Assembly: GCA_045837725.1 (NCBI GenBank)
Contig: JBEWZL010000235.1
Span: 372,001 to 436,000, forward strand
DNA length: 64,000 bases
Reading direction: 5' to 3'
From: Vermamoeba vermiformis
Lineage: Eukaryota
Shown here one piece after another: positions 13,101-24,173 of the stretch (the stretch's first letter is position 1; each line of letters starts with the position of its first letter). Both the position numbers and the translations under genes were made by a program. The notes under the pieces were generated by a model, which did no database searches, was not told the DNA's origin, and saw nothing but the letters and a program-made list of their open reading frames with translations.

Positions 13101-13220
13101 AATGATTGTCCGCCTGTGCTGCGTCAAGTGATGCAGATGTGTTGGAAACTCGATCCGAAAGAACGACCGGAAATGAGCGCCATATGTGCTATACTTGAAG
13201 GCGCACCTAGTCACGGATAA
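10173..13220 (+). CDS. Receptor kinase: signal peptide, Kelch-like repeats, Pro/Ser/Thr stalk, TM helix, tyrosine-kinase-type domain
   Basis: Repeats LWMFGG / LWLFGG / VWLFGG..LNDLW; TM IATGVVVPVVVVGVGVPLLLTLL followed by KRCKKKR; kinase GEGSYG, VAIK, HRDLAARN, DFG, GPLRWMAPE, SDVWSFG. Confidence 0.9.
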
Positions 13221-13370
13221 AACTACCGTGCAATATATAAAGTAGCAGTTAGGAATTATCCTATTTTTTTCCGACGGATCTTGGGACTGGTTGTGAGTCG
13301 GAACAGAGATCCAAACCAAAAACTATCTTCGTTTAATCTATTGCAACGCATTTCAAACAATACTGCGGCT

Positions 13371-16250
13371 ATGAAGCGAAAGTTGGACGACTACACTGCT
13401 GAGGCCAGACCTTTTAAGGTACTTAGGAGCTTCAATTTTACCTTCTGAACCACTAGAAATATTAATTGACTTTGACCCCCAAAAAATTATGTTTTTTCTG
13501 CAGGAAAATTACAGTTCGAGTTGAGAATCAATTTACGAGAATTTATTAATGTTTTTTTATTTATCCTCCTTCTTGTTCAGCAATACGCAGCTTGATTATG
13601 ATAGATTATAATATTATAATGGATTATAAAATTATTTCGAATCATATTAACCTATAATTTCGATAGCGCTTTAAACTGAATCCGATCGACGACATTGAAA
13701 ATTGTCTTAACCGTCACTTTCACGTCGGCGAGTACGGTTCCCATGAGGAGGCAATAAATGAGGAATTGGAACCACTACCGCCATTGGAACAAGCATTGTT
13801 ATTTGGCTCTGAAAAAGAATTTCGGGATGCGATCAGTCCCTTGCAAGATCTGAATCAGTTGATCGGCGGTGAATCTTACGAAGATACAAAAGAAACAGTA
13901 TTGATGATCGCTATCACTAGAGGATTCACCGAGATCGCTATAGAGCTTTTGCCAAAAGGCGGATCTCACGATCTTTTCGTCCGAATATCAACACGCACTT
14001 CATTACGCGTGTGAGAATGATAACGATGAGGTCGCCCTTGCCATACTCGACATAATGAAAGACGATGAAGACTACTTGAATGCTTTGGACAATGATTTCA
14101 TGACGCCTCTGTTCTACGCAGCTCAGAACGGCAACAAAACTATTTGCAAAAGATTGCTCACGTTGGGAGCGAAACAAAAATTCTTTGCTGAAGACTATGA
14201 TAGTCCTGAAGAGCATCAAAACAATGTTGCGTTTTGTGCGAGATATTTTGCAGCCGACAGTCTGGACGTGGAAACTTTCAAGTTGTTCATCAACAACGAC
14301 GTGAAGCGTGATTATGGCGGCTTTATCAAGGACAAAGAAGATTTGGTGAAGTATTTTATGGCGTGTACTTTGATAGAACCATTTCTGGTGCAGTACATGA
14401 ACGACCTCAAAGATTACAACCCATACGACATTCATATTGCCCAAGTTACTATGGATGGCTTGAGAGGCGATGAGAGTGCAGAGCCATCAGTAGATGAAGG
14501 TGGTCAATTGGAAAGTGCTTTGGAAGGTTACGAGTTGATTGATCTTTGCAGACGATTCTTTCCTGACAAATTAGAGTGCCAATACTATTTATGGAAATAT
14601 GCAATTGGATGCAATCCCAAGCCTATTCATGCTATAATTATGGGTGATTTGGACATGCTTAAGTACTTGCTTAAAAAACACAAAGACATGACACCTGCAG
14701 AATATTGGCCAGATTATGATGATGGGCCTGTTGTGGCTCAAACTGTCATATCATTTGCTACTAGCAACAATGACCTTCAGCTACTCAAATACATTTGTGA
14801 AGATCTTGGCTTGTTGGAGTTGCTGGGTCAAAAATACACCTTTGAAATTCCTCCTGATGTCACTGGCCAATACGGCAAGAACACCCCAAGCTTGCGGGAG
14901 GAGGTATTTGGGGGGGGAAGGTGTTCAGGAGAGGGTCTCTGAAGGATGTTCAGTAAGTGTTATAGCTTGCTGTCTAGTGCTAGATTGAAAGAAGGGTGCC
15001 GCAGTGAGCTTATTGTAAATGAGCAGCCAGAGTCTAGCTATAAGCAAGCCAGGAGAGGGTTAAGAAGTCAGCAAATTGAGGTGTTGAGCGAGAGGTAGCT
15101 GTTATAAAGGATGAAGATGCGGAGAGTAAAAAAAAGGTATTGTAAATGAGGTAGTATGCGAGGCAACATTGGGGGTAGGTGGAGAAAAGGTGCATGGGTT
15201 GAGAGGAGAAGAGGTTGAGAGGCGGAGAGAGGGAACGGAGGTTTGAGAGCATAGAAAAACGAATTCCGGAGGAACCCTCCACCCTGGCCAAATAAGGAAA
15301 TACCTCAAGTCATTAGGTGGTGTTGAAGACAAACTGCAAGTGTTTGAATACTTTGAAAAAGAAGATCCATCATTGGTTCTATATGATTATGTAAGTTGCT
15401 CTAACATACTTTAACCAATTGCTGATTGCTGCACAATGTTTAGAGAGGATGCTGGGAAGCAAATGATGAGCAAGAAGTTCCTATGGAGACATTAACTTCA
15501 GTTCAGTCAGAACAAGAAGGTCCAATTGTGCACATTGGAAACGATGTTCTGATTGAAATTCTTACACATATCAATGCACCCCACAATCAGGTTCCTCAAC
15601 ATTATGATGCTATAATGAACCACTAATACTTGTATTATAGTTACTTGCAAAAGTATGCAAAAGATTCAGCCAAACACTTCAACAACCTGAATTCTGGAGA
15701 GTAAGTCATATTTCGTGCAAAATGACAATTCTGATAAAATCGTTGCAGTGTTATTGGACCAAAAGAGTTGAATTTGCAGTGATGTCAACTGAGTGTTTTG
15801 ATTGGACGAAAGTTGTGGATTTTGTCAAAAATGTTGAATTTCCCACTTTTAGAAATGGTACTCGACAAAAAGGCTTGACTGTGTGCAAATTAGCCAATAT
15901 AAGTGCAATGGAAGGAACATTCTGCTATGAAATCATCAATCTTACTACTGGAAAGAAGGAATTGGTTGAACAAGATTTTTATGCTGATCCATTTGTGCGT
16001 TGTGCTGAAGATGAAACCATCAATTTTGGAGATATCTCTCCCATCACGTAAGCAATCTTGATTATAAGATTGATCTTTAAATAATTTATTTCACATTTCT
16101 AGTTCACCAAATGGACATCCAGCACTTTATAATGCACAAAAAGTGATGCAATTCATTCCTTCAGGCAAAATAACGCTGAAAACAATCCAAATCAAAGATG
16201 TTGCTAAATATTGGAGTGAAGAGACACTCATCAAGAATTGTTATTATTAA
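13371..16250 (+). pseudogene. Ankyrin-repeat + F-box gene, disrupted by a frameshift and an insertion
   Basis: Ank motifs TVLMIAI..G, HALHYAC, TPLFYAAQNG; frameshift near 13945-13962 (ELLPKG/ADLTI); frame resumes after removing 14871-15291; F-box IGNDVLIEILTHI..LLAKVCKRF..EFWR; stop 16248-16250. Confidence 0.72.
14871..15283. mobile_element. Unclassified 413-bp insertion flanked by 8-bp direct repeat CTGGCCAA
   Basis: CTGGCCAA at 14863-14870 and 15284-15291; removing the insert plus one copy gives in-frame PPDVTGQ-IRKYLKSLGG; strongly G/A-biased plus strand; no TIR or poly-A. Confidence 0.78.
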
Positions 16251-16327
16251 CACCTTTGTGGCACGAACAATCTCTTCAAACATAACTCACTTTACTTAAT
16301 AAATCTCTCTAGCATTATCCAGCGTTT

Positions 16328-17237
16328 GCAGGTGGCAAGATAAGACAACTAGACTATCAATGAATGCTTCGGAAGTGTCATAAATGATGTGGGCGTAAAT
16401 TTGGCTGTAAGTTCGGGAACAAAAGTAGTCCTTCATATTTTATATTTAATATCTAATACGCCCTATTAGATTACAAACCGAGAGCACATCAACCAGCGAA
16501 GATGTAAAATCAAATCATCGCCAACATTGCCGCGTTATTCAATGATTTGCATGTGACAGACCCGGTATTTTGATGAGAGAAGAGCAATAGTCAATGGGAT
16601 TTATTCGTGACGTTCTTGCGGAAAATATTGCGGGAGATCACTTATGTGATTGCAACAGTATGGCGGTCGGACACCTACTTGCTTTTATTCCCTCTTTTAA
16701 TGGATTTTTCTCACGTATAGATATTCTATAATGTTTGTGTAAGTGTTAATAATAAAATGTGGTAACAACTTTTTTTTTTCGTTTTGGGTTCTTTGAATGT
16801 TTTTGACAATACCTCACATCATGTCGTTCTCGTTGAAGCAAAATTTAGCCATAGGACCTACTAATGTGACGTCATACATTATTGATGCTAATTATTAAAG
16901 TTTTGAAATGTAGCTGGGCCGTCTAGAGATCGGAGAAATTTTCAAATTAGCACAAAAAATTGTAAAAATTACTTTCTGCATGAGATCATAGTGCATATAT
17001 TATTTGTGGAAGTCACGGAATATTTTTAAATTATTGGAAAGGGTTGAATTTCGGATGTCACCTGGATCGGGATTTGCTATTAACAATTGCTATCCATACG
17101 TACATCAATAAATTTAACGCATTATTCATCAGATCAGAGTCGTGATCTTCATGCGTTTAGTTCCTCTTTCAAACTTCGGGCTTGAATAGGCGGATCGAAC
17201 TCTCTAACGGCAATACAACAGTCTTGTAAGCTCACAT
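16328..17237 (-). pseudogene. Degenerate 5'-part duplicate of the XRN-family gene at 18751-22627
   Basis: Collinear similarity, e.g. GGTGGCAAGATAAGACA..TAGACTATCAA (16331 vs 21862), TGAAGCAAAATTT..GCCAT.GGACCTA, GGATGTCA.CT.GATC; many indels, no open frame. Confidence 0.8.
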
Positions 17238-17684
17238 CCAGCAGTTATATTGCTAAGGAGTTGTTGGTCTCGGTTGAATATTGGATCGACAAAATGCCAA
17301 CACCACAGGATTTCATTACCTTTTTTTTCGGATCCACAACTCAATACGCTCTCACTAAAAGATCGGGCTCCAAAAAATGCTTAAGATGCGCGATCGTCTC
17401 GGATGGTACTGAACTCATCGTTCTGCGATAGATTGAACGTACTTCAAAAAAAGGAGATTTAATAATTACAACTTTTGTTTGTAACGAGTTGGCCTCTGAT
17501 TATATCCATAAATAATCCAATTTAGTATCACATATGGCGATTATTTTCGTTTGGGTACCCAATTCCCAATTTGTCTCCGGATGGGAATGGTGGTTCGGGT
17601 AAATTAATTCTCTATTGTAGCGCGCCACGCCCGAAACAATAAATTAACTTCCGTTCTTCGAACATTCACCATACAGCCATTACA

Positions 17685-18618
17685 ATGCAAGTCACTAAGG
17701 AAAATTATCGTCAGATTGCGAAGGAAAAAACGGATCTGCTCCTCTCATGCGCAAAAGCAGACATGTAAATGCTTGATCTTGCCTATAAATACTTATTAAA
17801 TGTTTAGATGGAAGCTCGAAAAGTCAAAGCACGACGTTCAAGTCTTTAGAGGCAAAACTGGTACGCCACTTTCCCAAAGGATCGAGAAAACTAATTACAT
17901 TTAGACGACGGAAGCGTTCTAATTAAGGGAGAAGGACTCGTGACTGTAAGTTTAAAAGGATATGTATTTGATTGTAACAACTTTGATTCAGGGAACCGTA
18001 AAATCCATCCAAGATCAAGCTTCGGATGCGGAAAAGAACGCGAGAGAGTTAGACTCGGGAGTTTCTTCGGCCAAAGAAGTTGATCGATTTGACGAAGATA
18101 ATTGGTTCATCTATCAGACCAATAAGATGGTAAGGGATCCAGATTCAAATAGATCTGATCCGGATTAATCTACTTTCGCAGCCTGTTCCGGTTACTCACC
18201 GAGATTTCATCACGTTTCAAACTCGCAAAATGATTACGGATGATTTGGGCGTTAATCTTGCAACATCTTGTGTCCGGGATGACGTGCCCGAAGAAAAGAA
18301 ATACGTGCGAGGCGTTATTCATGGTAAAGTCACTACGATTAATCGTAGTATGTTAATATTATTTATATTATCTAATATGATTCAGTTGCCGGATACATCG
18401 TCGAGAAGCACGATGACAAACAATGCAAAGTCACGTTCGTTTTACGAGTGGATCTCAAGGTACGCTACAGGCTTTTTCATTTGAATTTTTGGATGTTAAT
18501 TCCTTTATATTGACGTTGCTAATACTAGGGAATGGTTCCTGCATTCGCTGTTGCTTCAGCATCTTTGGAACAAGGATTCAGAATTACTCACCTGCGCAAG
18601 ATTATGGAGTCTTTGTAA
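17685..18618 (+). CDS. START (StAR-related lipid transfer) domain protein, copy 1
   Basis: Spliced MQVTKENY..WKLEKSKHDVQVFR..PVPVTHRDFITF..ATSCVRDDVPEEKKYVRG..GYIVE..VTFVLRVDLKGMVP. Confidence 0.85.
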
Positions 18619-18750
18619 GCAGTAGACTTCTGTGTAACGAAACTTTACGAGTTTATTAAGCAATTAATCGCGCTCGGACAAATAAAGTTAATAAATTTAA
18701 GAGTATTCGATAAAAATCTAGTTTGAATTACTATTTTTATTTTTCCAACG

Positions 18751-21700
18751 TTACTTAATAAATCTCCGTAGCATTGTTACAAACGTCTTAACTTGCATAT
18801 TATTAATCATTTTTGTCGGTTTCTTTGATCGCAGCAGATCTACTGGTCCGGATCTCGGTTGATTTTGTTTTGTTGTTTGATTGAATATGGACTTGTTGAA
18901 TAGACTAGAGGGGGTATTATAATATCTTGCTGGTAATTTGAGACTATCAGACTCTTGCAAAGGCCGCTTATCTTCGCTTAAGCAATTCAAGTGCGTTCTG
19001 AACTTCGAGATCCGTTCTACCAAATAAGGAAATGCTTCACAGACCACTTTGATATCGTTATCGGAGATATAAGCTTCATCTGCAATGTTCTTGTTATTAG
19101 TCTTTGCAAAATTTTTCGTTTCCGAGGACCGTTTGTAGATCAGCACTGTCGGTTGAAATTTGACGTAATTTCCAGCAAGGTCTTTATCGTCCTTATTCTC
19201 TGATATTATGCGATCTACTTCTTCGTTGAATTCTTTGATTTTGTTATCGAAATAAATCGTCTTTTGCGTTGTATTTACATGCGGGGTCAAAACTTGAGTG
19301 CCGATCTGCATTTCTGCAAATTGTTTTGGGACGATAGATTTGAACTAAAATTAATATGGTTAGCTAAAATATCATTAATATGAGGTATAAATTTATATCA
19401 TAAATTTGCGAGTTTGGAATTTGAACAGTGATAAAAAATTTTTGGATGCGATCCAAAAAGTTAGTTGGATCCCAACCTGACGTAACGTAATAAGGGTATG
19501 TATTATAAACTTACTAAACTAGCTGAGCTAATAGCCGCGCAGAACATTAGAGGAGACATTCCGCCAATATTCGAGATCGCATCTGGCCCTCTTCGTGCTT
19601 GAACTTCGGGCAAATTTTCGATTTGCGTGCCTTGTCCAAACTCGTTCAATTTGACCGGCAAAAATACTTCTGAGTCATTTTGTTTCAGTGCCGGGTGATT
19701 TGGATTGGCTGCAATGGCTAGCAGGTCGTATACTGTCGGACCAAAAATGTACGGGAAAAAATAATTGAAACTTAGGCAATGAGAGGTCCAATAATTAACT
19801 ACCCATATAATCATCTATATATTAATATCATTAGTACAATGTAATTGATAAAAAGTTCATTTCGATCGATAAAAAAAGTGACACTTGAAATGACACGTGT
19901 CAACGAGTAGATCCGACACTTACTGCAAGATACTCGACTGCTACTTGCGCTTTAATAGGAGGCACCGCAGCAGTGATATTCAATTCGTCTTTAGCTGCAA
20001 CAAGGCGTTAGTTAAGCAGATCCGTGAAAAAAAATCGTGAAAAATTGTATTTTCCTTTTATGGTAAACTTACGTTCAGTTTTGATCAATTCATCGAGTTC
20101 CCAGGTCTGCGCGGAAGTCAATTCCACAATCTGCTCGAAATCTCGTGTGCTCAATCTCTTCGCAACTTCGTTCATGAACGGCGAGTCCTTTTTTAGTGCC
20201 AAAATTGACGCTCGTCGAATTGCCTCTTTTTGGAAAGTTCCTTTAGCCCGCGCAATTTCAATCGGAATACTTCCGTCTTCAAACTTTTTCTCGGAAGTAA
20301 TCGTTACTCGATGTTTTGTCGGATGTAACGCAATGTTTGCGACAACTTCGACCGATGATGCTGTCACTTCGATTGACTCAAACAGTGGTGCGTGGCCGAA
20401 AATAATCTGCAAATATCGCAATTAGAACTCCGTGACAATCAGCCGTAGTTGAAAACTCAGACAAAAGTTACAAAAAGTATGCGCTATTACTAGCTTGATT
20501 TGAATTGTATATCAATACAGTAAATATTTTATGATGAGTATATGATATTAGTTTAGCGTACCTGACTGATCATTGCAACTGCAGACAACGGACTTTCTTT
20601 GCTTAACTTGAATCCGGGCTTTCTGTTTGACATAAAAAATTATCAGTATTAGCACCATAATAAGGCATAAAAATATAATGGTTTTAAATGAACGGCATAT
20701 TATAATAATTTTCGCTATCAAGTGGCACCAGATCTGATCTAAACCAACGTACCCTTTTCGATCGAGCCACACGACTTCATGATAACTCTCTCTGAGTGCC
20801 GAGACTTTGACGACTTCAGCCAAGAACTTCAAGTCCATGCTCTGCAAATCACCTTGTTGCGTGACAGCACCGACAATGCTGCGCGATTCGTTCTCGGGCC
20901 GTTGTTTCAAGCGACAGTAGTTGATCCAGCACTGCTTGAATTTGAACGTGGCGCATTTAGGCAAGTAATCGCCGCCGTTGAGAAGGCACAGCACCATGAA
21001 ATCTCGAACGATGTGTTCTATAAAAGGAAATCGGAATAAATTTTTGCAACGATTGGATCACGAAGAGAAAATTCTGTTTTTTCAGTGGAATTTTTAATAT
21101 TCCAATACGGAAGTATATTTTAATTATTACTATATTTGGTAATGTACCTCTATCGCCGAGCAGTCCGGAGCAAAGTTTTTCTTTCAAAAATTCCAAGTTG
21201 TAATGTTTCCACAAGTTCAATTGTTCGCAGCGGAGCAAATCTACGCCGAATAGAGTTTGATTCATTCCTAAAAAGGAAATTAAGTGACATTAGCACCACT
21301 CAAATTTTCAACGTGCTTCACATTATGACGTTAAACTTACCCATAACTATCAGATCCGAGTCACTATAAAAAAATACACTTATTAATATGGTGACTTAAA
21401 TAATACCTATTATGGATTCGAATTTTTGAAAGCTAGGGCTGGATCTGGTGAACTAATGTTTGGTACGTACTTTCCGACCACGAGACATTTATCTCCCTTG
21501 ACGAGATTGCAAATATTTTCATTTGCAGACGCAGCAGCCATGTGACGCATGTGTTCGAAGATTTTGAACTCGCCTTCTCCTTCACGATCTGCTCCGCTCA
21601 CGAAGAATTTCAACTGACGCATTAAAATTAGTTAAAATCGTTCAAATAGTAAATAATATAATTGTATCTTATATCGTAATCAATATGTGAAGAGTTAATT

Positions 21701-22627
21701 CAGATTTAGGCGTCGCTATAATGACAACACGATCTGGATTCGTTTTTGCAGAGCCAGTCAAAGAGTTAAAATAATATTGTAATGTATTATTACATATTTA
21801 AGTATATGAAAATGATGTAATAAATTCTATAACTGATGCTTACGTGTTCGTATTGAGGCAGGGTGGCAAGATAAGACACGTAGACTATCAACGAGTGCTT
21901 TAAAAGTGTCATAAATGTCGTTCCTGGCGTAAATTTGGCCGTAAGTTCGGGTCTACTTGCCTAATTAGGAAAAAATAAGTTCCTTGATTCACGAGATCCG
22001 GAGTATTTGCTCTCCGATCTAAAACTCCAATTAAAAAGGGAAGTTACTCACTTCGAGACGGCGTTCTCTTTGAAGCAAAATTTTTGCCATGGGACCTATT
22101 AATATGAAGCATTAATAAAGAATTTATTTTATTAATTATTTATTAAACGTACCTGGACCATCAAGAGCAATGTAGATCGATTTTTTAGGTGGAAACTTCT
22201 GTAAAATAGTGGAAATATACCAGAATATTTTACGTATAAACACTTTATCGCCTTTTGCAGTACTCCTGCAGAAATAAGAAATTGGGTGAGTTAACTGCCG
22301 GATCCGATCCAGAAAAATATCAAATTGGCTCCAAAAAATAGTTTAATTACAAAGTATTTGAGATCGGATCATATAAATTATTTAGATGAATATTTACATA
22401 TTTTAGAAATTATTTGGGATGGTTAAAATTTTGGATGTCATCTAGATCGCGGATTAGCCATTTACAATTGTTAACTATACTTACGCCAATAAGTACAATG
22501 CATTATTCATATCGAAAAATACATGATCATAATCTTTATTGGCCCCTTCAAATCGCGGGCCTTTCAACAGCGTTGTAGTTTGCGGATACAACTCGCGTAC
22601 CGCTATATAAAAGTCTTGAAGACCCAT
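18751..22627 (-). CDS. XRN-family 5'-3' exoribonuclease with an internal dsRBD-like insertion
   Basis: Spliced MGLQDFY, FFDMNN, IALDGPGPMAKILLQRERR, FTPGT.FM, SGADREGEGEFKI, DSDLI, DFMVLCLLNGGDYLP, EYLA-MIIWVVNYW..SFNYFFPYIFGP. Confidence 0.85.
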
Positions 22628-22956
22628 ATCAATACAATTATATTACCACAACTATATATACAATAATAAAATAAGAATTTTGGAAATGAACGACAAAAAA
22701 ACCGTTCTAAATTTGATAAAAAAAACAGTTGGATGTAGAACACAGTGCGCTCCATTAATCTCCTCAAAATGATTACAAAATATAAATTGTGATCAAGTGG
22801 TATATATACGGTATGACGCGGCCCGCTTGAGAAAATTACGTATTTAAATTGACGGGCCGTCGGAGCTCCGACGGAAATTAGTGTGTCCCAACGTGTTCCT
22901 TACCTTCACTATAAATCAAATCAAATTTTGACATAATTAATCAAGTATCAACCACA

Positions 22957-23892
22957 ATGCAAGTCAATAAAGAAAATTATCTTCAAATTGCAAAGGAAAC
23001 AAAAGATCAACTCCTTTCTTACGTTCAAGCTGACAAGTAGGTGGCTGACTTCTTTTAAAAATTGTTAAAAATTACTACTATAGTTGGAAACTCGAAAAGT
23101 CGAAGGATGGCGTGCAAGTCTTCAGAGGAAAAACAGGTACGTTTCAGATTTGCAACGTAAATGCGAAAAATCTTAATTTAATCGCTTTAGACGACGGCAG
23201 CGTTCTGATTAAAGGAGAAGGCCTCGTGCAAGTAAGTAAATTATTGCTGAGTGTTGATAAATAACGTCCACTTAAGGGAACTGTCGTCTCCATTCTTGAT
23301 CAAATTTCGGACGCAGAGAAAAACTCGAAGGGGTTAGACTCTGCCGTATCATTAGCTAAAGTGATTGAAAGATATGATCCAGATCACAAATTCATTTATC
23401 AGCAAAACAAAATGGTAAGGAATTATTTCGGTGGATCGTACTTTCAAAGCCTTAACCTTTATTTAATGCAGCCCTATCCAGTCAGTGGCCGAGATTTCGT
23501 TACATTTCAATCTCGTCAAATGATCTCGCCAGATATGGGCGTTGGTTTGGCCACTTCTTGCGTACGCGACGATACACCAGAAGAAAAGAAATACGTACGC
23601 GGCGTAATTCATAGTAAGGAATAATATCGTATAAAATATAAAGTATACTAATATAGTATCTAGTTGCCGGATATATTGTCGAAAAGCACGATGACAAACA
23701 ATGCAAAGTCACATTCGTTTTGAGAGTCGATCTGAAGGTTCGTTTCTGAGACAAATTTATAACTATTTCAGACGGATCAGTATATAATTATACGTATTGT
23801 AGGGAATGGTACCGAGCTTTGCTGTAAGTTCGGCAGCTTTGGAGCAAGGTTACAGAATTCTGCATCTGCGCAAGATTATGGAATCGTCATAA
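22957..23892 (+). CDS. START domain protein, copy 2
   Basis: MQVNKENY..WKLEKSKDGVQVFR..PYPVSGRDFVTF..ATSCVRDDTPEEKKYVRG; same exon structure as 17685-18618. Confidence 0.87.
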
Positions 23893-24173
23893 GCTCTAAC
23901 AAAGGTTAAAAAGCTACATATTCGTCGTGCAATCGTTACATTTGTAAAATTTAAATAATAAATTAATCCTGAGCGGTAATTATTAATAAACAATCTCAAC
24001 CAGAAATTGTTGTGGATCTGACTTTTTCAATAGAGATTGGTTAGTTGAACATTTAATAACTAAATTTCGTTTGAAAAATGAATCTCCGTTCATAGAATTC
24101 TTATTCTTGGCTTTTTGGGGCTGCAAAATGATTTTTTTCGCTTTTCTCAATTTGTAACGACACGCTGCCAACA

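Noticed and set aside
14904-15254. Splicing that would remove the insertion and rescue the Ank/F-box gene
   Set aside because: The plausible donor and acceptor give the wrong frame, there is no pyrimidine tract, and the gene has an independent frameshift upstream.
15268-15287. Helitron 3' end (hairpin then CTGG)
   Set aside because: CTGG belongs to the duplicated target, there is no 5' TC or A|T insertion site, and Helitrons do not make 8-bp duplications.
18751-19814. Separate genes for ORFs 18751-19311 and 19503-19814
   Set aside because: They splice to the upstream XRN exons and carry the second XRN conserved region.
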